Shown piece by piece: positions 51,928-61,988 of a stretch of DNA of 64,000 nucleotides (position 1 is the stretch's first letter; the number at the start of each line of letters is the position of its first letter). A program made the translations under genes and the position numbers. A model generated the notes under the pieces. It did no database searches and was not told where the DNA came from. It saw nothing but the letters and a program-made list of their open reading frames with translations. The DNA is from Nitrospirota bacterium (GTDB lineage Bacteria; Nitrospirota; UBA9217), in NCBI GenBank assembly GCA_963818475.1, contig CAWFSF010000006.1:736001-800000 (forward strand), in the 5' to 3' direction.

Positions 51928-52370
51928 ATGTTCTTATTCCGTTATCTATCACCTGAGTACGCTGACGCGTTCGTCAAAACGGCGAGGTCCTCTTCCTTAC
52001 CTTGTCGTACTTTCGCGACTACGAGGATGATGGCGTCCGAGCCGACGAATACGAAGGAACACTGGTTCATCTACCCAAACAGGGGTTGAAGACTCGCTTT
52101 GCTAAGACCGGCGAGGAAGATCTCGTTCCCTACACGTTCGAATCGTCCGCTCGCGAAGATGAAATATTTGTTTACTGCATGAGCGCAGAGTGTAGTTCGA
52201 TGCTCGCCTCTCGCTTCAAAGCCGAGGCTTGCGTCGAGATTTTCGACCTTCCGAGGTTTTTCTTTCACCTGCGAGCGGCCTTGACAAAATACCCGCAGGT
52301 CCAAGAATCGCAGTTGGTCTACGACACCGTAAAGTACTACGAGGTATACGAACCACCAATTGTCGCGAGC
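51928..52370 (+). pseudogene. First-position cassette ORF, frameshifted and truncated
   Basis: MFLFRYL..LSYFRDYEDDGVRAD..FVYCMS..ACVEIFD; no attC seen before the next gene. Confidence 0.55.
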
Positions 52371-52423
52371 ATCAGGATGAGAGGAATATCGCATGCGATA
52401 TGCTGTGGGGCAATTGTACTGAG

Positions 52424-53932
52424 ATGCCGATAAAAATAAAAAAATGGGCCGTTGCGGCAACGCTCGCTTTGTGTGCCGGATGCGCGTCGACTGCGCTTGC
52501 AGCAAACGATACGCCCATGGCGTTCATCGACGCCCAGATCGCAGCGAATGCCGGAAAGAGCGGGGTTTATGTACTCGATACAGGCACGGAGGCGCTTCTG
52601 GCCCGGGCATGGCTGGCAGAAAACGCCAAGGAGTCGATCGAGGTCCAGTACTTTATCTGGAGCACGGACAACATCGGCATCCTGGCGGCGGAGGCGCTGC
52701 TGCGCGCGGCGGAGCGCGGAGTCCGGGTGCGCGTGATCGTGGATGACCTGATGGTCGACGCGCCGGACAAGTGGCTGCTCGCTCTGATCCGGCATCCGAA
52801 TATCGACATCCGCATCTATAACCCACAAGCTTCGGTTGGTGTTCCGGTCCAAAAGCGCCTGTTAAACGTGTTGACCAATTTCCGCGCCGTCAACCAGCGC
52901 ATGCACGACAAGACGCTGGTGGTCGACGGCAAGGTTGCTATTACGGGCGGGCGGAACATGGCTGCTGAGTACTTCGACTACCATCACGAGTACAACTTTC
53001 GCGACCGGGATGCGCTGCTGCTCGGCGACGCGGTCAAAGCGATACAGACGAGCTTCGAAAGCTTCTGGAACAGCGAACTGAGTGTTAAGGTCGAGGAACT
53101 CTACGAAGGGTGGGGCTTGATGCAGAAAAACGTGCGCGTGGACGACAAGGAGATCGAGCGGATATATGGCGAGTTGCACGAGTATGAGAAGTCGCCGGAG
53201 AATTTTGCTCCTGAGGTGCGAGCTGCAATAGCATCTACGCCCGCGGCCTTCGCCCGCCTGGCGCAACAGATGACCTGGAGCAACGTGGAGTTCATCAGCG
53301 ATCGACCCGGCAAGAACGACAATAAAGTTTCCCTTCACGGCGGGGGACAGACCACCTCGGCGCTCGGGCGGTTGATCCAGAATGCACAGCATCGCATCGT
53401 GATCCAATCACCCTATCTGGTACTGTCGAACCAGTCGAAGGATCTGTTTCGCCAGGTCATCGCTCGCGGCGTTACGGTGCGCATCAATACCAACTCCCTC
53501 GCCTCGACCGACAATCTTCAGGCCTTTAGCGGGTATCGAAACCAGCGCAACCGGCTGCTCAAGATGGGGCTGCAGATTTTCGAGTACAAGCCCGCCCCGG
53601 ATGTGCAGCGTAAGCTGATGCAGCGCTCTCCGGGGGACACCGGCAAGGCCCCCGTCTTTTCGCTGCATGCCAAAACCATGGTAATCGATGCAAAAACCGT
53701 CTACATCGGAACGTTCAACTTCGACCCGCGTTCCGAGAACCTGAATACTGAGGTCGGCGTGATTATCCACGACGAGGCGCTGGCGCGCGCGGTGGAGGCC
53801 TCGATCGAAACAGACATGGCGCCGAGCAACAGCTGGGACGCTGACAAGGACGATCCGGATCAGTACGTTTCGTATGCAAAGCGAAGCAAGGTGCTGTTCT
53901 ATCAACTGATGCCCATCAGACCTCTTCTATGA
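52424..53932 (+). CDS. Phospholipase D family lipoprotein (ClsC/YmdC-like)
   Basis: Lipobox CAGC; HDKTLVVD and HAKTMVID HKD motifs. Confidence 0.92.
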   Translation: MPIKIKKWAVAATLALCAGCASTALAANDTPMAFIDAQIAANAGKSGVYVLDTGTEALLARAWLAENAKESIEVQYFIWSTDNIGILAAEALLRAAERGVRVRVIVDDLMVDAPDKWLLALIRHPNIDIRIYNPQASVGVPVQKRLLNVLTNFRAVNQRMHDKTLVVDGKVAITGGRNMAAEYFDYHHEYNFRDRDALLLGDAVKAIQTSFESFWNSELSVKVEELYEGWGLMQKNVRVDDKEIERIYGELHEYEKSPENFAPEVRAAIASTPAAFARLAQQMTWSNVEFISDRPGKNDNKVSLHGGGQTTSALGRLIQNAQHRIVIQSPYLVLSNQSKDLFRQVIARGVTVRINTNSLASTDNLQAFSGYRNQRNRLLKMGLQIFEYKPAPDVQRKLMQRSPGDTGKAPVFSLHAKTMVIDAKTVYIGTFNFDPRSENLNTEVGVIIHDEALARAVEASIETDMAPSNSWDADKDDPDQYVSYAKRSKVLFYQLMPIRPLL

Positions 53933-54210
53933 CAGAAGCCGCACGCTATATGCATCCCAATTGGCACGAATTTGCCGCACAAAAAGACCAGTGTACAGGT
54001 TCGCCATTTTCAGCTTCATAATCCCCGTCATTTTTCCTTGCAAGAAATCATTTGCCAGAATTTTTATTGACAAACCTTTGATACTGTTTTATTATCACTT
54101 TTATTCTTTAAAATTAAACGGTTAGATGAATAAATATGTTGAAAATGAAGGATATACGTGGCCCATGCTGGTGCAGGCCGCGACCTAACGTGTAAAGGCG
54201 GATCGAATAA

Positions 54211-55515
54211 GTGGCTAAGAAAGCAATTAACGTCGGCATCATAGGTTTCGGCACCGTGGGAACGGGCACTGCCCGTATCCTGCTTGAGAATGCCGATATT
54301 ATTCAGAGGCGGCTCGGTGCGCCGGTGGTGCTCAAGAAGATCTCTGATCTTGATGTCAAGCGTGATCGCGGAATATCGCTCGGCAGCGTGCAACTGACGA
54401 CCAGTGCTCAGGACGTCCTGACGGATCCGGACATCGATGTCGTTATCGAACTTATCGGCGGGTATAAACCTGCCAAGGAGTTCATCCTGGAAGCGTTCCG
54501 GAACAAGAAACATGTCGTAACGGCGAACAAGGCGCTGCTGGCCGTTCACGGCGAAGAGCTCTATGCTGCTGCTGAAAAAGCGGGCGTGACGCTGGGATAC
54601 GAAGCTTCCGTGGCCGGCGGCATCCCGATCCTTGCGGCCGTCAGGAGCGGGCTCGCGGCAAACAATATTGAATCCATCTACGGGATCGTGAACGGCACCT
54701 GCAATTATATCCTGACGCTCATGACGAACGCAGGCCGGAAGTTCGACGAGGTGCTCAAAGAAGCCCAGGCAATGGGGTATGCCGAGGCTGACCCGACCTT
54801 CGATATCGAGGGCATAGACTCGGCGCATAAGCTCGCCGTTCTCACCATGCTGGCCTACGGCACGCCGGTCAGGTTCGACGACATCTACACCGAGGGAATC
54901 TCGAAGATCACCCCGCTGGACATTGATTTTGCCAAAGACCTGGGCTACAAGATCAAGCTTCTGGCCATCACCAAGAAGGTGAATGGTGAGATCGAGGCGC
55001 GGGTGCATCCCACCATGCTTCCCGAGACCTATCCGATAGCGTCGGTCGACGGCGTTTTTAACGCTCTCGCCGTGGTGGGAGACGCTGTCGGTTCGACCAT
55101 GTTCTACGGCAGGGGAGCAGGAGATATGCCCACGGGCAGCGCGGTCGTGAGCGATGTCATCAGTATCGGCCGCGACATTCTCGCCGGCTCTGTGGGACGG
55201 TCGCCCGTAACGGCATTCCGTGACCGGAAACCGCTCAGAATACGGAAAATGGACGATATCACGTCGTGCTATTATCTTCGCTTCTCGGCACTGGATAAAC
55301 CGGGGGTGCTTTCCCGCATCACGGGCGTACTCGGGAAGAACAACATCAGCATCTCGTCGATGCTTCAGAAGGGCCGCAAGGTGGACGAAGCGGTGCCCAT
55401 CGTCATGATGACCCATGAGGCGGTGGAGCGCGACGTGCGCAAGGCGCTTGACGAGATCAACAAGATGGATTGTGTGTCCGGTTCCACTGTAGTGATCAGG
55501 GTGGAAGAGGGATGA
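54211..55515 (+). CDS. hom: Homoserine dehydrogenase with a C-terminal ACT domain
   Basis: GFGTVG; VVTANK; EASVAGGIP; GYAEADP. Confidence 0.96.
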   Translation: MAKKAINVGIIGFGTVGTGTARILLENADIIQRRLGAPVVLKKISDLDVKRDRGISLGSVQLTTSAQDVLTDPDIDVVIELIGGYKPAKEFILEAFRNKKHVVTANKALLAVHGEELYAAAEKAGVTLGYEASVAGGIPILAAVRSGLAANNIESIYGIVNGTCNYILTLMTNAGRKFDEVLKEAQAMGYAEADPTFDIEGIDSAHKLAVLTMLAYGTPVRFDDIYTEGISKITPLDIDFAKDLGYKIKLLAITKKVNGEIEARVHPTMLPETYPIASVDGVFNALAVVGDAVGSTMFYGRGAGDMPTGSAVVSDVISIGRDILAGSVGRSPVTAFRDRKPLRIRKMDDITSCYYLRFSALDKPGVLSRITGVLGKNNISISSMLQKGRKVDEAVPIVMMTHEAVERDVRKALDEINKMDCVSGSTVVIRVEEG

Positions 55516-55524
55516 AGAAAATTA

Positions 55525-55632
55525 GTCAAATTCCCAAATAATAACCAAATACGAAATTCGAATGAGAGAAACGTTTGGGATTTTGAACTTGGAATTTATT
55601 TGCGATTTGGCGATTGTGTTTTGGGATTTTCA
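55525..55632. repeat. Inverted heptamer-repeat hairpin
   Basis: AAATTCCCAAAT..CCAAAT / TTTGGGATTTT..TTGGAATTT. Confidence 0.7.
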
Positions 55633-55644
55633 CCGGAGGTGGTT

Positions 55645-55906
55645 ATGGCTGACGATATCAAAGTTGATAAGACAATCGATCTGAAGGGCCAGGTCTGTCC
55701 CTATACGTTTGTCCGCTCAAAGCTTGGCTATTGAGAAGATGAACCTCGGTGAAGTGCTCGAGGTCATCCTCGACCATAAACCCGCGGTGGATAACGTGCC
55801 CAAGAGCATGGAGAACGAGGGACAGAAAGTTCTGAAAATCGATCAGGTTGGTGAGAAAGAGTGGCATCTCTTTGTCCGGAAGGACAAGGAGAAGGTAAGG
55901 AAGTAA
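55645..55906 (+). CDS. TusA/SirA family sulfurtransferase (frameshift near 55722)
   Basis: IDLKGQVCPYTFVRSK; GEVLEVILDH. Confidence 0.88.
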
Positions 55907-55963
55907 TTTCGGGTTGCGGATTTCGGATTGAAAGATCTGGAATTCGAATTCAGGTGGAAACCT

Positions 55964-56767
55964 ATGGATTTTACTGAAGATCAAATATTGCGTTACAGCA
56001 GGCACATCCTGCTCCCTGAGGTCGGGGGGGAAGGCCAGGAGAGGATCCTGAACGCCAGAGTGGTGCTGGTGGGCGCCGGCGGGCTCGGCTCTCCGGTGGG
56101 GTACTATCTTGCAGCCGCCGGCGTGGGGACGATCGGGGTCATTGATAACGACCGCGTGGAAATATCGAACCTCCAGCGCCAGATCGCGCACAATACCAGC
56201 AGGCTCGGCGTGTTAAAGGCCGATTCCGCCAAGGAGACCTACGAAACGCTGAACCCTGATGTGAAGGTCGTTACGCATAAAGAACGGCTCACGTCCACGA
56301 ACATCAAGGACATCATCAAGGACTACGACATCGTGGTGGACGGGAGCGACAACTTCCCGACCCGCTATCTGGTGAACGATGCCTGTGTCATGCTCAAAAA
56401 GACGCTCGTGAGCGCCGCTGTTTTCCGCTTCGAGGGTCAGGTGATGACCATTGTACCGGGCGAAGGCCCCTGCTACCGGTGCCTCTTCGAGATACCTCCG
56501 CCGCCGGGGATGGTCCCGTCCTGCCAGGAGGCGGGGATACTGGGCGTCGTGACGGGCGTCATCGGAACGATACAGGCGACCGAGGTGATCAAGATGATCC
56601 TCGGGATCGGCCAGCCGCTCAAAGGGTCGCTGCTGCTCTGGAACGCCCTCGATATGAGCTTCCGCAAGGTCAAAGTGCCGCATAACCGCGAGTGCCCGGT
56701 CTGCGGCGAGCACCCGACCATTACCGAGTTGATCGACTACGAGCAGTTCTGCTCCATGAGCCACTGA
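55964..56767 (+). CDS. moeB: MoeB/ThiF family E1-like adenylyltransferase
   Basis: RYSRH; GAGGLG; SNLQRQ; PCYRC; SCQEAG; CPVC. Confidence 0.92.
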   Translation: MDFTEDQILRYSRHILLPEVGGEGQERILNARVVLVGAGGLGSPVGYYLAAAGVGTIGVIDNDRVEISNLQRQIAHNTSRLGVLKADSAKETYETLNPDVKVVTHKERLTSTNIKDIIKDYDIVVDGSDNFPTRYLVNDACVMLKKTLVSAAVFRFEGQVMTIVPGEGPCYRCLFEIPPPPGMVPSCQEAGILGVVTGVIGTIQATEVIKMILGIGQPLKGSLLLWNALDMSFRKVKVPHNRECPVCGEHPTITELIDYEQFCSMSH

Positions 56768-56769
56768 TA

Positions 56770-56802
56770 TATTGCGGAATGCGGATTTCGGATTGCGGAA
56801 TT
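56770..56802. repeat. Heptamer repeat tract
   Basis: ATTGCGG AATGCGG ATTTCGG ATTGCGG. Confidence 0.7.
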
Positions 56803-56829
56803 AGTACCGCGAACGACGCGGCAAACAAT

Positions 56830-57270
56830 ATGCTGGTGATTACACAGGCAGACATGCAACGCATTTTTGAACATTGCGGACGCGAGTTTCCCAACGAAGC
56901 CTGCGGTATCCTGGGTGGGCATGATAGTACCGTTGAAACAGTATTTCCCATGACCAATGCGCGTCCGAGCCCGCATTACTATGAAATGGACCCGGAGGAG
57001 CAATTCCAGGTGATGAAGGATATGCGGCAGGCAGGGCTTGAGATGGTCGGCATCTACCACTCTCACACGGGTGGTCCTGCATACCCCTCGAGCGTTGACG
57101 TTGAACGGGCATACTGGCCCGGGACGGCATTGCCCAATTACCCTGAAGCCCATTACCTGATCGTTACGCTGCTCGATCGAAAAAAACCAACAGCACGGGT
57201 CTTCACGATAGCGGAAAAACAGATCAAGGAAGCGGAGCTGCTCATTGCTTCGGAGGAGAACAGCCGATGA
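56830..57270 (+). CDS. JAMM/MPN+ (Mec-like) metallopeptidase
   Basis: EACG...YHSH.....PSSVD. Confidence 0.9.
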   Translation: MLVITQADMQRIFEHCGREFPNEACGILGGHDSTVETVFPMTNARPSPHYYEMDPEEQFQVMKDMRQAGLEMVGIYHSHTGGPAYPSSVDVERAYWPGTALPNYPEAHYLIVTLLDRKKPTARVFTIAEKQIKEAELLIASEENSR

Positions 57271-58499
57271 CGTATGTCAAGAGCCTGCGATGCGTCGAAT
57301 GCGGCAGGGAATACAAGATCGACCCCATCTATGTCTGCGAGTTCTGCTTCGGGCCGCTTGAAGTAACCTACGATTACGAGCGGATCAAGCGCGATATGAC
57401 GCGCCAGAAGGTCGAGTCCCGGCCGCACAATATGTGGCGGTACCGCGAGCTGCTGCCGATCGACGGCGATCCCGTCACGGGGTTCGACACCGGCTACACC
57501 CCGTTGATGAAGGCTCGGAATCTTGCACGCGCGTGGGGTGTCCGGGAGATTTACCTGAAGGACGATTCCGTGAACCATCCGACCCTGTCCTTCAAGGACC
57601 GTGTCGTGGCCGTGGCCGTCACTAAGGCAAAGGAGTTCGGATTCGATACGGTGGCCTGCGCGTCCACGGGCAACCTGGCGAATTCGGTGGCTGCTCAGTC
57701 CGCGCGGGCGGGCATGAAGCGCTTTATCTTCACCCCTGCGGACCTCGAGCTGTCGAAGACCATCAACTCGATGATCTATCATCCGAACCTGGTGACGGTG
57801 GACGGCAACTACGACGAGGTGAACCGGCTCTGCTCCGAGGTGGCGAACAAATACCGCTGGGCTTTTGTGAACATCAATATCCGGCCGTTCTACGGCGAAG
57901 GGTCCAAATCCCTGGGATTCGAGGTTGCCGAACAGCTGGGGTGGAAGACGCCGCACAACATCGTGGTGCCCAATGCCAGCGGTTCGCTCATGACCAAAAT
58001 CTGGAAGTCCTTCAGGGAGCTTGAAAAGCTCGGCCTCATCCCGCCCGTCAGGACCAAAGTGTTCGCGGCGCAGGCCACGGGCTGCAATCCCATCACCACG
58101 GCGATCAAGGAAGGCAGCGATGTTATCAGGCCGGTGAAGCCCAGGACCATCGCGAAATCCCTGGCCATCGGGAATCCCGCAGACGGGTATTATGCAGCCA
58201 AGGTCACGCAGGATACGGGCGGGTATGGTGAAGATTCTACGGACCAGGAGATCGTGGACGCCATGAAGCTCCTTGCCGAGACCGAAGGGGTCTTTGCCGA
58301 GACTGCCGGCGGCGTGACGGTTGCTGCCGCTAAAAAACTTGTCGAATCCGGCAGAATTTCAAAAGACGAATCGCTCGTGATCTGCATCACCGGCAACGGC
58401 CTCAAGACCACGGAAGCGGTCGTTGACCATCTCCTGAGGCCGACGCCCATCAGGCCGAACATCGAAGCGTTCGAGGAGCTGCTGAAGAAGCTGCAATAG
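57267..58499 (+). CDS. thrC: Threonine synthase-family PLP enzyme (sulfur-carrier-linked type)
   Basis: N-terminal CxxC..CxxC; SFKDR; ASTGN; ITGNGLK. Confidence 0.88.
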   Translation: MTYVKSLRCVECGREYKIDPIYVCEFCFGPLEVTYDYERIKRDMTRQKVESRPHNMWRYRELLPIDGDPVTGFDTGYTPLMKARNLARAWGVREIYLKDDSVNHPTLSFKDRVVAVAVTKAKEFGFDTVACASTGNLANSVAAQSARAGMKRFIFTPADLELSKTINSMIYHPNLVTVDGNYDEVNRLCSEVANKYRWAFVNINIRPFYGEGSKSLGFEVAEQLGWKTPHNIVVPNASGSLMTKIWKSFRELEKLGLIPPVRTKVFAAQATGCNPITTAIKEGSDVIRPVKPRTIAKSLAIGNPADGYYAAKVTQDTGGYGEDSTDQEIVDAMKLLAETEGVFAETAGGVTVAAAKKLVESGRISKDESLVICITGNGLKTTEAVVDHLLRPTPIRPNIEAFEELLKKLQ

Positions 58500-58515
58500 T
58501 AACTAGGTAGGTGAG

Positions 58516-58592
58516 AAGGCTGAAGGTGGAAGGATTTTCGGGAATGGCTTGATACGAGCAGTGATATACTTCAGCCGTCAGCCTTCAGTCTG
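58516..58592. repeat. Inverted heptamer-repeat hairpin
   Basis: AAGGCTGAAGG...CTTCAGCCGTCAGCCTTCAG. Confidence 0.65.
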
Positions 58593-58630
58593 AGCACCTG
58601 CAGTAATGTTTTTTCCAGGAGGATTGCATT

Positions 58631-58909
58631 ATGGCCATCAAGGTACTAATTCCCACACCGCTGCAAAAACTGACGAACGGTCAGGCCGAAGTAGAATGTA
58701 GCGCAACGAACGTTCTGGAGCTGGTTGAGGCCCTGGAAAAGGACTACCCGGGGATGAAGGAACGGCTTTCGGACGGCGGCAAGATCCGCAGGTTCATCAA
58801 TATCTATGTGAACGAAGAGGACATCCGCTTTGTGAACAAGGAAGAGACCGCGATCAAGGATGGGGACAATGTATCGATCGTCCCTGCCATCGCAGGTGGG
58901 CGCGGGTAG
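58631..58909 (+). CDS. MoaD/ThiS/CysO-like sulfur carrier ending GG-RG
   Basis: IPTPL; [11 protein letters not shown]; [10 protein letters not shown]. Confidence 0.93.
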   Translation: MAIKVLIPTPLQKLTNGQAEVECSATNVLELVEALEKDYPGMKERLSDGGKIRRFINIYVNEEDIRFVNKEETAIKDGDNVSIVPAIAGGRG

Positions 58910-59019
58910 GTCTCGGGCGTCCGGAAGGTACGCGGGTTGTCGGTCGAAGGGAAATCATAACACCGCAGGCACGGTTTGTATCTTGGTGATCGCTGCGAAG
59001 AGCAAGCCAGGGAGGCACA

Positions 59020-59259
59020 ATGGCGACAAAGAGGGTTAAATTGACGTTTCCGCAGGACTTGATCAAGGAACCCGTTATTTTCAATATGGCGAAGAAGTAT
59101 GACGTGATGCCGAATATCCGCCGGGCCAAGGTCACCGAGAGTGTGGGTGAAGTCGTCCTCGAACTGGAAGGGGCGGATAAAAACCTGGAAGCAGGGATCG
59201 CCTACCTGAAGGAGCGGGGAGTGAAGGTGGAAGCCGTGGAAGGCGATATCGTCGGCTGA
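59020..59259 (+). CDS. NIL-domain protein
   Basis: VKLTFPQDLIKEPVI; NIRRAKV; VLELEG. Confidence 0.88.
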   Translation: MATKRVKLTFPQDLIKEPVIFNMAKKYDVMPNIRRAKVTESVGEVVLELEGADKNLEAGIAYLKERGVKVEAVEGDIVG

Positions 59260-59370
59260 TCATTGGAACAACGGCGGTGCAGCAAAGCAGTGTCCGCGAG
59301 AGTGTCGGGACCGTGGGTCACGGCAGGCGACACGGTGGCATGAGCAGGAACGGTACGGGTGAACCGAATT

Positions 59371-60600
59371 ATGAAATATATCATTCTTCTTGGCGATGGA
59401 ATGGCGGACAGGCCGCATGCAGACCTCGGGGGCAAGACGTGCCTGCAGGCTGCCAGGACGCCGAACATGGACCAGCTTGCCTCGCGGGGGCAGGTCGGCA
59501 TGGTACGGACCGTGCCGGAAGGTTTTCCGCCGGGCAGCGATGTGGCCAATCTTACGGTGATGGGCTATGATCCGCGAAAGTATTACTCAGGCCGGTCGCC
59601 GCTCGAGGCGGCGAGCATCGGTGTAGAACTGGGCCCCGATGACGTTGCTTTTCGGTGCAACCTTGTCACCCTTCGCCTTACGGGCGGCAAGTCTGCCGTC
59701 TCCGGCAAGGGCAGGCGCGCCATCATGGAGGATTTCAGCGCCGGTCATATTACCACGCAGGAGGCGCTCCTTCTGATCGAGGAAATCGACAGCAAGCTGG
59801 GCAGCGACCATCTTCGGTTCTATCCCGGCGTGAGCTACCGCCATCTGATGGTATGGAAGGGCGGCAAGGACAAAATCGAGTGCACGCCGCCCCATGACAT
59901 CCAGGACAAGGATATCCTTGACTACCTCCCGCGCGGGGAGGGTGATGATGTCATCAACGCGCTGATGGAGGCATCAACGGAGCTGCTGCTCGCGCATCCC
60001 GTGAACAAGGCCCGACAGGAGAACGGCAAGCGCATGGCGAACAGCATCTGGCTTTGGGGCCAGGGCAAGCGTCCCAGCATGCCGCCTTTCAGGGAAAAGT
60101 TTGGCATCGAAGGTTCGATGATATCCGCCGTGGACCTGACCAAAGGCATCGGTATTTACGCCGGCTTCGAGGTTATCACTGTGCCCGGCGCGACCGGATG
60201 GCTCGATACCAACTATGTGGGCAAGGCGGAGCACGCGCTCTTTTCCCTCAAGACGAAGGATATTGTGTATGTGCATGTAGAGGCTCCGGACGAGGCCGGC
60301 CACACCGGCGATCTTAAGGGCAAGCTCAAGGCCATCGAGGATTTTGACGAGTTCATCGTCGGGAACATCATGCACGGCATGAAACAGTTCGATGAGTACC
60401 GCATCCTGGTGCTTCCCGACCATCCTACACCGATCGAGATCAGGACGCACTCGAGCGATCCCGTGCCGTTCATCATCTACGACAACAGGAATGAACGTCA
60501 GGGCGGGCCGGTATCCTATGACGAGCAGATCGCGAACCGGAAGGATGCTTTGTTCGTGCAGGAAGGTCACATGCTGATGGAGCTTTTTCTGAAAAAATAA
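59371..60600 (+). CDS. apgM: ApgM-family phosphoglycerate mutase / proposed homoserine kinase (TIGR02535-like)
   Basis: GDGMAD; PGSDVAN; HVEAPDEAGH; PDHPTP. Confidence 0.88.
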   Translation: MKYIILLGDGMADRPHADLGGKTCLQAARTPNMDQLASRGQVGMVRTVPEGFPPGSDVANLTVMGYDPRKYYSGRSPLEAASIGVELGPDDVAFRCNLVTLRLTGGKSAVSGKGRRAIMEDFSAGHITTQEALLLIEEIDSKLGSDHLRFYPGVSYRHLMVWKGGKDKIECTPPHDIQDKDILDYLPRGEGDDVINALMEASTELLLAHPVNKARQENGKRMANSIWLWGQGKRPSMPPFREKFGIEGSMISAVDLTKGIGIYAGFEVITVPGATGWLDTNYVGKAEHALFSLKTKDIVYVHVEAPDEAGHTGDLKGKLKAIEDFDEFIVGNIMHGMKQFDEYRILVLPDHPTPIEIRTHSSDPVPFIIYDNRNERQGGPVSYDEQIANRKDALFVQEGHMLMELFLKK

Positions 60601-60636
60601 TCAAATCCGGCTTGTCCGGGATAGGGGAGGAAGTCG

Positions 60637-61857
60637 GTGCTGATAGTACAGAAATACGGAGGAACATCTGTCGGGAATCCCGAGCGTATCAAGAATGTGG
60701 CGCGGCGCGTGTGCCGCACCAAAGAAGAAGGCCATGATGTAGTCGTTGTGCTCTCTGCCATGAGCGGAGAGACGGACAAGCTTATCAACCTTGCAGCTCA
60801 GGTGAGCGACAACCCCGACCCTCGCGAAATGGACATGCTCGTATCCACGGGTGAACGGGTGACCATCGCGCTTTTGGCCATGGCCATCCAGTCGCTGGGC
60901 CATAAGGCGCAGTCGTTTACGGGCAGGCAGGCGGGGATCATCTCAGACAGCGTGCATACGAAGGCGCGGATCGAAAAGATCACGGGCGAGCGGCTGAAGC
61001 AGGCGCTCAAAGCGGGGAAGATCGCCGTAGTGGCGGGTTTCCAGGGTATCACGGAAGGGTCGGACGATGTGACGACGCTGGGGCGCGGCGGCTCCGACCT
61101 TTCGGCAGTTGCGGTCGCTGCAGCGCTCAAAGCCGACCTCTGCGATATTTATACGGACGTGGACGGCGTCTACACTACGGACCCGAACATGGTGCCGCAG
61201 GCCAGAAAACTGGACAAGATCTCCTATGACGAGATGCTTGAACTGGCGAGCCTGGGGGCCAAGGTGCTCCAGACCCGCTCTGTGGAGTTCGCGAAAAAAT
61301 ACAATGTACCGGTACGGGTGCTCTCGAGCTTCAACGATAACCCGGGGACCCTGGTGACCAAGGAGGATTCAGATATGGAAAAAGTAGTGGTGTCCGGTGT
61401 AGCCTACGACAAGAACCAGGTGAAGGTGACGATCCAGGGGGTGCCGGACAAGCCGGGAGTTGCCGCGAAGATCTTCAATACCATATCCGACAATTCGGTC
61501 GTCGTGGATATGATCATTCAGAATATCGGCGAAGGCGGGCTTACGGACATGTCCTTTACCGTGCCCAAGACCGATGCTAAGAAAATCAACGAGGTCATGA
61601 AAAAGGTCGTGGCCGAGATCGGTGCAAAGAACGTGAGCATCAAGGAGGACGTTTCCAAGATATCGATCGTAGGGGTGGGCATGCGTTCTCACTCGGGCGT
61701 TGCGGCAAAGATGTTCTCCGCCATGGCCAAGGAGGGGATCAACATCATGATGATCAGCACGTCGGAGATCAAGATCTCCTGCGTGATCGACGCCAAGTAC
61801 ACGGAGCTCGCGGTCAGGGTGCTTCACGAAACGTTCGAGATGGACAAGGCGGCGTAG
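60637..61857 (+). CDS. lysC: Aspartate kinase
   Basis: VQKYGGTSV; TLGRGGSD; two ACT domains. Confidence 0.96.
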   Translation: MLIVQKYGGTSVGNPERIKNVARRVCRTKEEGHDVVVVLSAMSGETDKLINLAAQVSDNPDPREMDMLVSTGERVTIALLAMAIQSLGHKAQSFTGRQAGIISDSVHTKARIEKITGERLKQALKAGKIAVVAGFQGITEGSDDVTTLGRGGSDLSAVAVAAALKADLCDIYTDVDGVYTTDPNMVPQARKLDKISYDEMLELASLGAKVLQTRSVEFAKKYNVPVRVLSSFNDNPGTLVTKEDSDMEKVVVSGVAYDKNQVKVTIQGVPDKPGVAAKIFNTISDNSVVVDMIIQNIGEGGLTDMSFTVPKTDAKKINEVMKKVVAEIGAKNVSIKEDVSKISIVGVGMRSHSGVAAKMFSAMAKEGINIMMISTSEIKISCVIDAKYTELAVRVLHETFEMDKAA

Positions 61858-61948
61858 CAATTTCGGATTGCGGAATGCGGATTGCGGAATAAACACCAGG
61901 CGGAGCTAGGGTTTCCAATCCGAAATCCGCAATCCGAGATCCGCAATA
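61858..61948. repeat. Inverted heptamer-repeat hairpin
   Basis: ATTTCGGATTGCGGAATGCGGATTGCGG...CCGAAATCCGCAATCCGAGATCCGCAAT. Confidence 0.85.
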
Positions 61949-61988
61949 AGGACACCTGAAATACCGAATGATAAAAACAGAAAGCGTT

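Noticed and set aside
53961-53976. Sigma54 promoter upstream of hom (TTGGCACGAATTTGC)
   Set aside because: Spacing is GG-N9-GC, one base short, and the site is far from the start codon. It would qualify only if an indel error is shown.
53935-54210. SAM or lysine riboswitch, or T-box, before the hom operon
   Set aside because: No recognisable conserved motifs by eye; an Rfam scan would settle it.
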